Below are positions 34,834-43,627 of a DNA stretch of 64,000 bases, one piece after another (within the stretch, counting starts at the first letter, position 1; the number at the start of each line of letters is the position of its first letter). Below the pieces are notes generated by a model. That model had not been told where the DNA came from, ran no database searches, and saw nothing but the letters and a program-made list of their open reading frames with translations. The stretch is taken from positions 49,809 to 113,808 of the forward strand of contig CAYSCN010000001.1 of NCBI GenBank assembly GCA_964429585.1, given 5' to 3'. Made by a program: the position numbers and the translations under genes. The DNA comes from an uncultured bacterium. Lineage in GTDB: Bacteria; Desulfobacterota; Deferrimicrobia; J040.

Positions 34834-35990
34834 GATGCCTCCTTCAGCATCTCGTGCAGGAAAAGCACGTTTTCTGTTCGTTCGGATTTCACTATTCTCT
34901 CCACGACTCTCACGATGTCGTCCGGCGTGACGTCGAGCCCTCCTATGCCGGCTATCAGGTTCACGAGATTCTTCCCGGCGAGTGCCCGGGAACAGGCGCT
35001 CGATATTTCCGAGCACAGGATGCCTTTTCCACCTGGGGAAATGTTCCTTTCGATGACGATGATCGTTTCCGCTTCTTTTGCGAGTTCCTCCAGTCTGTGA
35101 GAGGCGAGAGGTCTTATGAGTTTCAGGTCTGCGAGCGTTGTGGGGATCCCTTTTTCAGCCAGGATTTCCACAGCCGTTTCGAGGTTTCCCGCGAGGCTTC
35201 CGGAGGTCACGAGGAGTATTCCATTTCCGGGCTTGAGGACTTCGACCGGGGCGTATTTCCTTCCGAAAGCCTCTGCGAAATGTTCGAAGGACTTTTCGAA
35301 CCCCTCGATCGAGGAGATGAGGGAGCGGTGCAGCGATTCTCTGAATTGGACGTAATCTTCGGGCATCGTGAGGCTCCCTATACCCCGGGGATTGTCGAAG
35401 TCGATGTATCCTGTGAACCTGGAAGGACCTAGGAACTCGTCTGCCCTCTCCTGAGAGGGCAGGTCGACGACTTCCTGTGTGTGTGAAATGTAGAAGGCGT
35501 CGTAGCATACCATTATCGGTATTCTGTATTCTTCGGCGACGCGGTATGAGACGAGAATGAAGTCGAGAGCTTCCTGGGGAGAGGAGCAGTGAACCTGTGC
35601 CCATCCAGTGTCGCGCTGAGAAAGGGAATCCGTCTGGTCGGCCCATATATTCCATCCGGGTGCGACGGCTCTGTTGACGTTGACCATCACGATGGGAAGC
35701 CTCGCTCCTGCGACCCAGTGGAGAATTTCGTGCATGAGAAGAAGTCCCTGCGAGGAGGTGGCCGTGAAGGCTCTGGCGCCTGCGGCTTGCGCCCCCATTA
35801 CACACGCGAGAGCGGAGTGCTCCGACTCCACCATTATGAACCTCGCGTCTAGAACACCCTCTGCGCACATCTTCGAGAGCTCCTCGACGATGCTCGTCTG
35901 GGGAGTTATGGGATACGCTGCGATTACCTGGACCCTCGAGAGCTTTGCTCCCCATGATGCCGCGCTGTTTCCCGTTAGAAGAGTTTTCAC
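34830..35990 (-). CDS. porA: 2-oxoacid:ferredoxin oxidoreductase alpha subunit
   Basis: AAYPITPQT, VESEHSA, ATSSQG. Confidence 0.88.
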   Translation of the reverse strand: MKTLLTGNSAASWGAKLSRVQVIAAYPITPQTSIVEELSKMCAEGVLDARFIMVESEHSALACVMGAQAAGARAFTATSSQGLLLMHEILHWVAGARLPIVMVNVNRAVAPGWNIWADQTDSLSQRDTGWAQVHCSSPQEALDFILVSYRVAEEYRIPIMVCYDAFYISHTQEVVDLPSQERADEFLGPSRFTGYIDFDNPRGIGSLTMPEDYVQFRESLHRSLISSIEGFEKSFEHFAEAFGRKYAPVEVLKPGNGILLVTSGSLAGNLETAVEILAEKGIPTTLADLKLIRPLASHRLEELAKEAETIIVIERNISPGGKGILCSEISSACSRALAGKNLVNLIAGIGGLDVTPDDIVRVVERIVKSERTENVLFLHEMLKEAS

Positions 35991-35991
35991 C

Positions 35992-37599
35992 TCAGTCCTC
36001 CTCGTATCTCATTGCCCCTCTGGGACATTCCGTCCAGCATATTCCGCACCCCTTGCAATGGTCGTAGTCCAGGACGATGGAGTCGTTCTCCCTGACAGCG
36101 GCCCCGTCGGGACAGAAGATGACGCAATTTTCACACAGGTTGCAGACGCCGCAGGACATACACCTTTGAGATTCCCTCATCGCCTCTAGAGGGGTGAGTG
36201 TTCTGTATATTTCTTCGAAAGACTTTGCCCGCTCGTGGATCGGCAGGATCTTTACCCTGATCCTTTCGGAAAGCTTCACGTAATCGGGGTTCAGGCATTC
36301 GGGGCCAGCCAGTGGGGGATTCTCAGGTGAAGTCGAGACGTTTACGAGCCCCCACTCGGCGAGAAGGGCGAAAGCTTCTTCTCTCCCGCTTCCAATGGCG
36401 TGCGTGACGGTCTTGGCGGTTCCGTGGGCGGCATCTCCGGCGAAGACGATTTTTTCCGAACCAGCGAAGTCGCTATCCGTGAACATGGGTCGTCCTCCAG
36501 TGGCTAGGATTACTATACTGCAGGGGACGAAGTGGTCCGTTCCCTCCAGGGGAACGACCTGCCCTCTTCCGCCGGCTTCGTCTTTACGGATTTCCGTTTT
36601 TCTGAGAACAAGACCCTCCAGATTACCTTTCCCGTCGTATACGGGGCGGATGGGAGTAACCCTGAAGACGAAATTCACTCCTTCTTTCACTGCCTCCTCG
36701 TATTCCTCCCTGTAGGCGGGCATTTCTGACTCCGTTCTCCTGTAGTAGACGCTCACGTCCGCTCCGAGACGCCATGCGACTCTCGCGCTGTCCACGGCAC
36801 TGTTGCCTCCTCCCACCACTGCCACCGCCAGGCCCGATAAATCCGGGAGTTTTCTCTTCGCTTTTTCGAGAAAATCGTGCGCGAAAAGAACCCGGTTCCC
36901 GTCGGGGAGGAGTTCTCCCGTTTCCGGAGGCGTCCATGCTCCGGTGGCTACCAGGACCGCGTCGTATTCGTTTTCGAGTTTCTCGAGTTCAGAACGGTTG
37001 ATTTCTTTCTGGACGAACCTAACTCCCCAATCGAGCAGGCGGGAGATTTCTCCCCTGACCACCCTGGCGGGGAGCCTGTATTCCGGGATCACGTGGAGCA
37101 GCATGCCGCCTGGTTGTCGTTTCGCATCAAAGACGGTGACGCTGAACCCGTGGAGGGTCATCTGATATGCGAATGAGAGCCCCGCGGGGCCGCTGCCGAC
37201 CACGCAGACTTTTCCTTCCGAGCTTTTTTTCTTTTCCAGAAGCCCGTAGCGTTCGGAAAGGGCCGTATCTCCGATGAATCGTTCGAGGAAGTTCACGGCG
37301 ACTGCTCTGTCGAAGTGTTCCCTGTTGCACTCCCTCTCGCAGAACCGGTAGCACACTCTTCCCGTGGTTGCGGGAAATGGATTCACCCTGACCAGTTCGC
37401 GGAAGGCTTCCTCTATGTTTCCTCTTTTGAGGTGGTCGATGAAAATTTCCGGCCTGGCTCCGGCGGGACAGGCTTTTCTGCAGGGAGATAAGAGTGTTGC
37501 GAGTGCCGGTTTGAGATGACGCCAGGCGGAGGTGGTATTGTTTAGAGTGGACTTCCAGGCAAGAGGTGGAATCAGCTTGTCTTCAGCCAGCATCTTCAT
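35992..37599 (-). CDS. Fusion of PorD-like delta ferredoxin with a GltD/NfnB-like FAD/NAD(P) oxidoreductase
   Basis: N-terminal TSAWR (PorD-like), CRKACPAG, GRVCYRFCEREC, GSGPAG, GGGNSA, YRR; C-terminal CVIFCPD...CKGCGICWTECP. Confidence 0.8.
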   Translation of the reverse strand: MKMLAEDKLIPPLAWKSTLNNTTSAWRHLKPALATLLSPCRKACPAGARPEIFIDHLKRGNIEEAFRELVRVNPFPATTGRVCYRFCERECNREHFDRAVAVNFLERFIGDTALSERYGLLEKKKSSEGKVCVVGSGPAGLSFAYQMTLHGFSVTVFDAKRQPGGMLLHVIPEYRLPARVVRGEISRLLDWGVRFVQKEINRSELEKLENEYDAVLVATGAWTPPETGELLPDGNRVLFAHDFLEKAKRKLPDLSGLAVAVVGGGNSAVDSARVAWRLGADVSVYYRRTESEMPAYREEYEEAVKEGVNFVFRVTPIRPVYDGKGNLEGLVLRKTEIRKDEAGGRGQVVPLEGTDHFVPCSIVILATGGRPMFTDSDFAGSEKIVFAGDAAHGTAKTVTHAIGSGREEAFALLAEWGLVNVSTSPENPPLAGPECLNPDYVKLSERIRVKILPIHERAKSFEEIYRTLTPLEAMRESQRCMSCGVCNLCENCVIFCPDGAAVRENDSIVLDYDHCKGCGICWTECPRGAMRYEED

Positions 37600-38162
37600 C
37601 GCGATGTCTCCATTATCCTGACGAGGCGATACGCTTTCTTCATTGCCTCGATGTCTTTTTCGTGACCTTTTCCCAGGACTTTCTCGATTCCGAACGCCAG
37701 ATCGTCGATGGAAAGAAGCTCCGAAGCTTTCCCGAATGCTCCCACCATGACCGTGTTGACTATGGGGCTTGTGGGTGTTCCCAGGCCGTGCTCTATCGCG
37801 ATGCCACTGCCATTGACGGAGAAGATTCTGACTCCGCGGATTTCATCTCCCGCCGGCAGGCAGTCGGTGTCGCTGTTTACGACTGCGAACCCGCCATCCG
37901 GGATTCCTGAGAATACAGTGGGTTCGTGGGAGAGGTGTGGGTCGAGGACCAGAATCGCCCCGGGTTTTTTTATCATACAGCGGACCTTGATTGGCGAATC
38001 GCTTACCCTCGTGCACGCGTAAACGGGCGCTCCCCGCCTCTCCACGCCGAAGAAGGGGAATGATTGAACGAACTTGCCCCGTTTGAAGAATGCCCAGGCG
38101 AGGATTCGAGATGCCAGGACCGCACCCTGACCTCCTCTGCCGTGTATGCGTATCTCGAGCAT
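37596..38162 (-). CDS. porC: 2-oxoacid:ferredoxin oxidoreductase gamma subunit
   Basis: IRIHGRGGQG, FGVERRGAPV, IVNTVMVGAF. Confidence 0.9.
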   Translation of the reverse strand: MLEIRIHGRGGQGAVLASRILAWAFFKRGKFVQSFPFFGVERRGAPVYACTRVSDSPIKVRCMIKKPGAILVLDPHLSHEPTVFSGIPDGGFAVVNSDTDCLPAGDEIRGVRIFSVNGSGIAIEHGLGTPTSPIVNTVMVGAFGKASELLSIDDLAFGIEKVLGKGHEKDIEAMKKAYRLVRIMETSR

Positions 38163-38165
38163 GTT

Positions 38166-38756
38166 CTACCCCGTGAACAGGACAACGATCGCCCTGGCTT
38201 TCTTCTTTCCTATGCCCCTGAACGCATGAGGTATCTGGGAGTCGAAATAGAGGGAATCTCCCGGTTGAAGTTTTATGACTCCCTCGCTGGTTCTGAACTC
38301 CAGTTCTCCTTCAAGAAGGTAGAGAAACTCCTCTCCTCCATGTGAGAGGGTGGGGACGTCCTCGTCTATGTCCGAATCGAACTCGACCAGGAATGGCTCC
38401 ATGTGCTTCTCCGATTTCCGGAAGGATAGGGACTCGTATGAGTAGGAGAGAGGGTCCTTACCTCGTGGGAAACGCCGCTTCACCTTTTTCCTTTCCTCTT
38501 TCCTCACGACTTCTATTTTCGGTTCTTCCTCGTCTTCCTGGAAGAAGTAACCTATGTGAACGTCGAGGGCTCTGGATATCTTGAGAAGCGTGGCCACCGG
38601 CGGTATAACAACTTCGTTCTCGATTTGGGATATGAGCGCTTTTGAAAGGCCGGTTACATTGGCGACGTCCTGGATGGTGAAGCCCCTCTTTAACCTCAAC
38701 GACCGGATCTTTTCTCCGAGCTTAAGTTCCTTGAGCTCGTTCTTCTCCTCATTCAT
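38166..38756 (-). CDS. XRE-HTH plus cupin transcriptional regulator
   Basis: LGEKIRSLR...SQIEN and HGGEEFLYLLEG...GDSLYFDS..H. Confidence 0.9.
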   Translation of the reverse strand: MNEEKNELKELKLGEKIRSLRLKRGFTIQDVANVTGLSKALISQIENEVVIPPVATLLKISRALDVHIGYFFQEDEEEPKIEVVRKEERKKVKRRFPRGKDPLSYSYESLSFRKSEKHMEPFLVEFDSDIDEDVPTLSHGGEEFLYLLEGELEFRTSEGVIKLQPGDSLYFDSQIPHAFRGIGKKKARAIVVLFTG

Positions 38757-38905
38757 GATCCCCTCCGTGAAGATCGTCTACTTTATTTATTCATTTCCCG
38801 AAGGATGATGTCAATGAAAAATTTAGTATGGTTGAAATTAGTTTGATAGCATTAAACGTCTCGTGTTTCCAGGCAGTTTCGCAAAAGGGTCATTAAAGAT
38901 TTTCA

Positions 38906-40129
38906 ATGGGTTTCCGAAGAGTAAAAAAAATAGCTTCAATGAGTTCATTCTGGAGTGAATTGATGGAAGACACTCTTTTCTACTCGCAGCTTCTGCACAT
39001 TCAAAAGATGGAGGCTCTGGGCAAGCTCTCCAGCGGCGTCATCCACGAGATCAACAATTATCTGGCGACGATAATGGGTAACTGCGAGATAGTGAAGATG
39101 AAGCTGGGAAATGAAACCGAGATAGTGAGCAGGCTGGAGGCCGTCATAGAAACCTCTTTCAAGGCATCCAAGCTCTTGCGGGAACTTCTCGCTTTTTCGA
39201 AATCGGGACCCGAGGCGACGGAGATAGTCAATATAAATGAGATAGTCATGCGGATGAAGGAGATGGTGGATGGGCTCATAGGAGAGCACATAAGGCTGGA
39301 GCTGGTGCTCGAGGACCAGCTCGCGAATGTGAAGGCCGACCCAACGAAGATCGAGCAGGTGATACTCAACCTGGTGATAAATTCCAAGGATGCGATGCCC
39401 ACGGGAGGCGTCATCACGATAGAGACGGCTAACGTGGAGTTTACTCCCGAGTTTATGAAGAAGCACCACGTCATGAGTCCTGGGGATTACGTGATGCTCG
39501 CCGTCACCGATACGGGAATAGGTATCCCGGACGAGATAAAGGACAAGGTTTTCAAGCCGTTCTTCACAACAAAGGACGTGGGAAAGGGTTCGGGGCTCGG
39601 GTTGTCCACTGTTTACGGCATAGTGAAGGGTTATCAGGGTTACGTCTGGCTTTACAGCGAAGTGGGTAAGGGCACCACGATGAAGGTTTACCTCCCCGCG
39701 GTGGGTGAGGTGAAGAGGGAGAAGAAGAAATCCGGTGGAGTCTCTTTCGAGGATGTGAAAGGCACTGGCAGGGTTCTGGTGATAGAGGACAACGAGGGTA
39801 TAAGAGAGACGACCAAAGAGGTTCTCGAGACGGCCGGGTATGAGGTCGTGACCGCTTCGACGGGTGAAGAGGCGCTGGAGCTTTTCGAGAAGGACTCGAA
39901 TTTCGACCTTTTGTTGACAGATGTCATCCTGCCGGGAATGAACGGAAGAGAAGTGATGGAGCGCTTGAGGGAGAAGAAGGAAGGTCTCAAGGTCATATTC
40001 ATGTCCGGGTACACGGACGGGGTGCTTTTTTGCAACGGCATCCTCTATAAAGGGTTGAATTTCATTCAGAAACCTTTCACCAGCGTGGATCTGCTGAAGA
40101 CTGTGAGGGACGTTCTCGAGGAGGGGTGA
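38906..40129 (+). CDS. Hybrid histidine kinase (HisKA-HATPase-REC) with no recognisable input domain
   Basis: HEINN H-box near the N-terminus, NLVINSKDAM, GSGLGL, REC (IEDN, TDVILP); start uncertain. Confidence 0.85.
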   Translation: MGFRRVKKIASMSSFWSELMEDTLFYSQLLHIQKMEALGKLSSGVIHEINNYLATIMGNCEIVKMKLGNETEIVSRLEAVIETSFKASKLLRELLAFSKSGPEATEIVNINEIVMRMKEMVDGLIGEHIRLELVLEDQLANVKADPTKIEQVILNLVINSKDAMPTGGVITIETANVEFTPEFMKKHHVMSPGDYVMLAVTDTGIGIPDEIKDKVFKPFFTTKDVGKGSGLGLSTVYGIVKGYQGYVWLYSEVGKGTTMKVYLPAVGEVKREKKKSGGVSFEDVKGTGRVLVIEDNEGIRETTKEVLETAGYEVVTASTGEEALELFEKDSNFDLLLTDVILPGMNGREVMERLREKKEGLKVIFMSGYTDGVLFCNGILYKGLNFIQKPFTSVDLLKTVRDVLEEG

Positions 40130-40177
40130 TTCTTCCGTTTGCTCTCCCTGGGACTCTGACGCTTTTGCAAATCCCTT

Positions 40178-41299
40178 TCAGGAGATGGTTCTTAAAAGTG
40201 CTTCAGAGAAGTTTTCCACCAGTTCCGGGTTGAACTCTTTTCCGGCGTTGCTCTTCATGAGAGAGAGTATTTCTCCGACTTTCCAGTCTTTTTTGTAGGG
40301 TCTTCTGCTTCGGAGAGCATCGAAGAAATCGGATATCTGGACTATCTGACTGATCAGGTTCTGTTTTTTGCGATATTTTCTCCCGTAAGGGTATCCTTCT
40401 CCGTCGTAGCGCATGTGGTGCTCGTATGCCACGATAGGGGCTAGCTGCGTCAATCCTTCCACCTGGGAGAGATATTGCGCTCCGTAGACCGTGTGGTTGG
40501 TTATCATTTTGAATTCTTCGTCTGTGAGTCTGCCCTTCTTCTCGAGAATTTCACCGGGAATGAAGAGTTTCCCCACGTCGTGGAGCAGAGCCGCTATGCC
40601 TATTTCGTGGAGGAAACGACCGCCTATTCCCAGGGATTGCGCCTGGAACAGAGTCAGTATGGCGACGTTCGTGGCGTGGGTGTATGTGAATTCGCTGTAG
40701 CTTCTCACCGGAGTCAGGAGTTTGAGGACGGAGGCCTCTCTCTTGAACGAGAGAATGAAATTCACCACGAGTTCTTCCAGGCCGTGGACGTTCATTTTCT
40801 GGAAGGGGGAGATCGAACCGAGCGATTCCTTAACCAGGGTCAGGAGTTTTCTTCTCGATTGCGCTTGGGCTGCTGACTCTTCCCCTTCAGGGCTCTTTTC
40901 TTCGTCGGGTCTGAACGCAACGGTGGTTTTTCCTATCTTTATGTGTGGCGATTTCAGAGGCTTCTCGATCGGCGACGAGAGAGTCTCTGCGAGGTCGAGT
41001 AATTCTCGCGTGGTTACTTCGGGATGTATCACTATGCCGGATATCCCCCTTCTTTTCATTTTTTTCATGAGATTCGTTCCGTGAATGCCCGGGTCTCTCA
41101 CCATTGCTTCGTTGACTATCAGGTCGTCTTCGACCAGCATTATTTTCGTTGGTCGATTTCTGTTTTTCTCGATTATGCTCCTGAGTTTTTCGGCCGATTC
41201 CAGGGCGAATTGATGTTTCCTGGAGTAGAGACTGCACGTATTGACCGTGGAGGCAAGAAGAGCCAGAATTCTGCCAGTTTCTCTTTTGTGGTCGCTCAT
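40178..41299 (-). CDS. HD-GYP domain phosphodiesterase
   Basis: HDVGK, HH..YDGEGYP, RRPYK; start moved to ATG 41299. Confidence 0.87.
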   Translation of the reverse strand: MSDHKRETGRILALLASTVNTCSLYSRKHQFALESAEKLRSIIEKNRNRPTKIMLVEDDLIVNEAMVRDPGIHGTNLMKKMKRRGISGIVIHPEVTTRELLDLAETLSSPIEKPLKSPHIKIGKTTVAFRPDEEKSPEGEESAAQAQSRRKLLTLVKESLGSISPFQKMNVHGLEELVVNFILSFKREASVLKLLTPVRSYSEFTYTHATNVAILTLFQAQSLGIGGRFLHEIGIAALLHDVGKLFIPGEILEKKGRLTDEEFKMITNHTVYGAQYLSQVEGLTQLAPIVAYEHHMRYDGEGYPYGRKYRKKQNLISQIVQISDFFDALRSRRPYKKDWKVGEILSLMKSNAGKEFNPELVENFSEALLRTIS

Positions 41300-43452
41300 C
41301 CTTTCTCTCCGCCTTCTTTTTTCAGCATTCTGGCACATTCTCTGCGAACCGTTTCGCTTCTGCTCTTCAGACCCCATGTGACCATTTCTCTGACCTGCTC
41401 GAAAGGAAAATATTTGAGGTGCAGGAAAACTGTCTCCTTGAGAGAGTCCAGGGACCCCTTGAACAGGATGCTCTTTTCCTTCAGAATCTCGCGGTAGGCG
41501 CGGATTGCGCCCGGATACCCGATTTCGGCCAGCGCTCTCACGGCGATCTTTTTGGCTTCGAAGTCGCTTCCGGTGGTGGCTTTTTTGAGGAGAAAAGAGC
41601 ATATTTCTTCTGCTGCCTCTGTTACCCTGAACTTTCCCGCCAGGTCCATCGCATGATGGAAGAACGCCTCCCGGGGGGTTCTCAGGTGCTCAATGAGCTT
41701 TCGCTTCGCCTCCGGATCTCCGTGTTTCAAAAGGCACCTGAACGCTTCGACCTTTACTCTGTCGTCTGGGTGTTCCAGAAACGGTTTCACCGCTTCTACC
41801 TGCTCCCTGCTGCCGCAGGTGTAAATCAGGTGGAGCATGTTTCGAACGACGAACCACCTCGTGTCATCGAGACGTTTTGCCGCCTCACTGGCGACTCTCT
41901 CTCCGAGTGTGGAAAGGAGGTCTATGAGAAACCTCCTGACCGCGCTGTCTTCTTCCTCTGAGAGGGCGTCCAGCAGGTCTGGAATCAGCTTATCTCCCAG
42001 CATCGTCACGAGTTTCAATGAACTATCGCGCTCTCGCCTACCCACGAGACGGAGGGTGTTGACAAGGGCCGCTGGAAAATTCCCTTTGGCGAGTTTTTCC
42101 ATCTTCCCCTCTGCTATTTCGGGAAATTTTCCCTTCTGCGATTCGTTCATAAGAAACTCTATCCCCTCGAGTACGCCTCTTAAGTCGCCCGCTTCGTTCA
42201 GGCTCAGAATTCTCGACGTGATAGATGCGATCAGATTCCTGTAGGATTCCTCGTCCCCGTCGGAGCCTGCTATAAGCTCGAGCAAAATCTCGAGGTGGTC
42301 CCGTTCGATTTCTTCTTCGGAGGGTAATGGCCCGGTTTTCTCTCTCGCGGTTGATTCTTGCGGCGGCTGGAACTCGAGAATCTTTTTTATCTCCCGGTCG
42401 TAATCATCGGTTACGAAGTCGTGAAAGCGTCCCTTTTCGAGGAGAACAGCCATTTCTTCTTTGAGAAGGAGATCGTCGAGGAGGAATTTGTCGTCGATGA
42501 AGCCCAACTCGTTCAGGGACTCGTCTACCTGCGAGAATTTGGATATCAGGTTTTTCAGGGTATCCGGTATGTGGGCAGACTGAGTTTCCAGAAGGGATAT
42601 GAACCGTTCCACCTCTTCGGGAGAGAGATCCTTAAGTGCCCTCTCTAGCTCTTCTCCTCGTTGGGGGAAGTTCTGGACGGTCATCGAGAGGAAATGGGTT
42701 TTTAGTTCCGGGCTCAGCGAATTGATGAGCATAACCATTTTTTTCACGTCTTCAGATGCGAGATCCCTTCCTGAAGACCTGTGGAGATAAGAGGTGATCA
42801 CTTTCTCGTAGTTTTTTTCGCTGAAAGAGCCCTTTTCGCTCGCTTCGTTCAGTATTTTCGCCAGCGTGGTCGGGGGAATCACGGTTATGACGGGTTCCGC
42901 TTCCTCGGGGGCGAGGGTGCCGCTCAAAAGTCCGTAAATGTATCTGTCCCAGAGTCCTTCCCCGGTTTCTGTTTCTGCTACTTCGCCGGTTTCGACGCGG
43001 AGCAGGTCGAAGTCTATGAGCCCCACTTCCACGTGCTTCAATTCTTTCTTCAGATTTTCCAGCTCGGCGCGTGTCAGTGTGTCCTCTCGCTTGCTCCTGG
43101 AGAGTATCTTCTCGTTGAAGCGGAGAAGCTCGTCACCTGTTATTCCTTTTTTGAAGGTTATGTGCGAGATGCCGAGACCGTGGAGGTGGGATGCGAATTC
43201 CTTCAGGACGGCGTTTTTTTCGTCCAGCCGCTGGCCGTCGACCACGAGGGCGTCGCCGGATACAGCAAGGGTTATATGTTTTCTGAGGGAGAAGACGTTA
43301 TCGAGCTTTTCAAGCGCGCGTTTGATTGAGCCTTCGATGGCGGGATGACCGGGGGGGTAGATTGACACGTTTCTCCGGGCGATGTTAAGCTCTATGATTG
43401 CTTCGCTCAAAAGCCTGGCGTCGACGGGGATGTTGTTTTCACGGTTTTCCAT
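41296..43452 (-). CDS. HEAT-repeat protein coupled to the HD-GYP gene
   Basis: YPPGHP at the N-terminus; C-terminal repeats LDDTRWFVVRN, HPDDRVKVEA; 4-bp overlap with HD-GYP. Confidence 0.7.
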   Translation of the reverse strand: MENRENNIPVDARLLSEAIIELNIARRNVSIYPPGHPAIEGSIKRALEKLDNVFSLRKHITLAVSGDALVVDGQRLDEKNAVLKEFASHLHGLGISHITFKKGITGDELLRFNEKILSRSKREDTLTRAELENLKKELKHVEVGLIDFDLLRVETGEVAETETGEGLWDRYIYGLLSGTLAPEEAEPVITVIPPTTLAKILNEASEKGSFSEKNYEKVITSYLHRSSGRDLASEDVKKMVMLINSLSPELKTHFLSMTVQNFPQRGEELERALKDLSPEEVERFISLLETQSAHIPDTLKNLISKFSQVDESLNELGFIDDKFLLDDLLLKEEMAVLLEKGRFHDFVTDDYDREIKKILEFQPPQESTAREKTGPLPSEEEIERDHLEILLELIAGSDGDEESYRNLIASITSRILSLNEAGDLRGVLEGIEFLMNESQKGKFPEIAEGKMEKLAKGNFPAALVNTLRLVGRRERDSSLKLVTMLGDKLIPDLLDALSEEEDSAVRRFLIDLLSTLGERVASEAAKRLDDTRWFVVRNMLHLIYTCGSREQVEAVKPFLEHPDDRVKVEAFRCLLKHGDPEAKRKLIEHLRTPREAFFHHAMDLAGKFRVTEAAEEICSFLLKKATTGSDFEAKKIAVRALAEIGYPGAIRAYREILKEKSILFKGSLDSLKETVFLHLKYFPFEQVREMVTWGLKSRSETVRRECARMLKKEGGEKG

Positions 43453-43627
43453 TATAACTAAAATTATTAGAATTATTATGGGAAATCAACAGGATTTGAA
43501 ATGTTTAAAAATTCATATTTATTGGAACAATTATTTATATTAGGATATCTACCCAAAGTAAAATCCAGTCGCTTTTAACCCGCTATTCCCGTCCATCGGG
43601 AAACTGGCATTTTCGGGGAAAAGGGCA

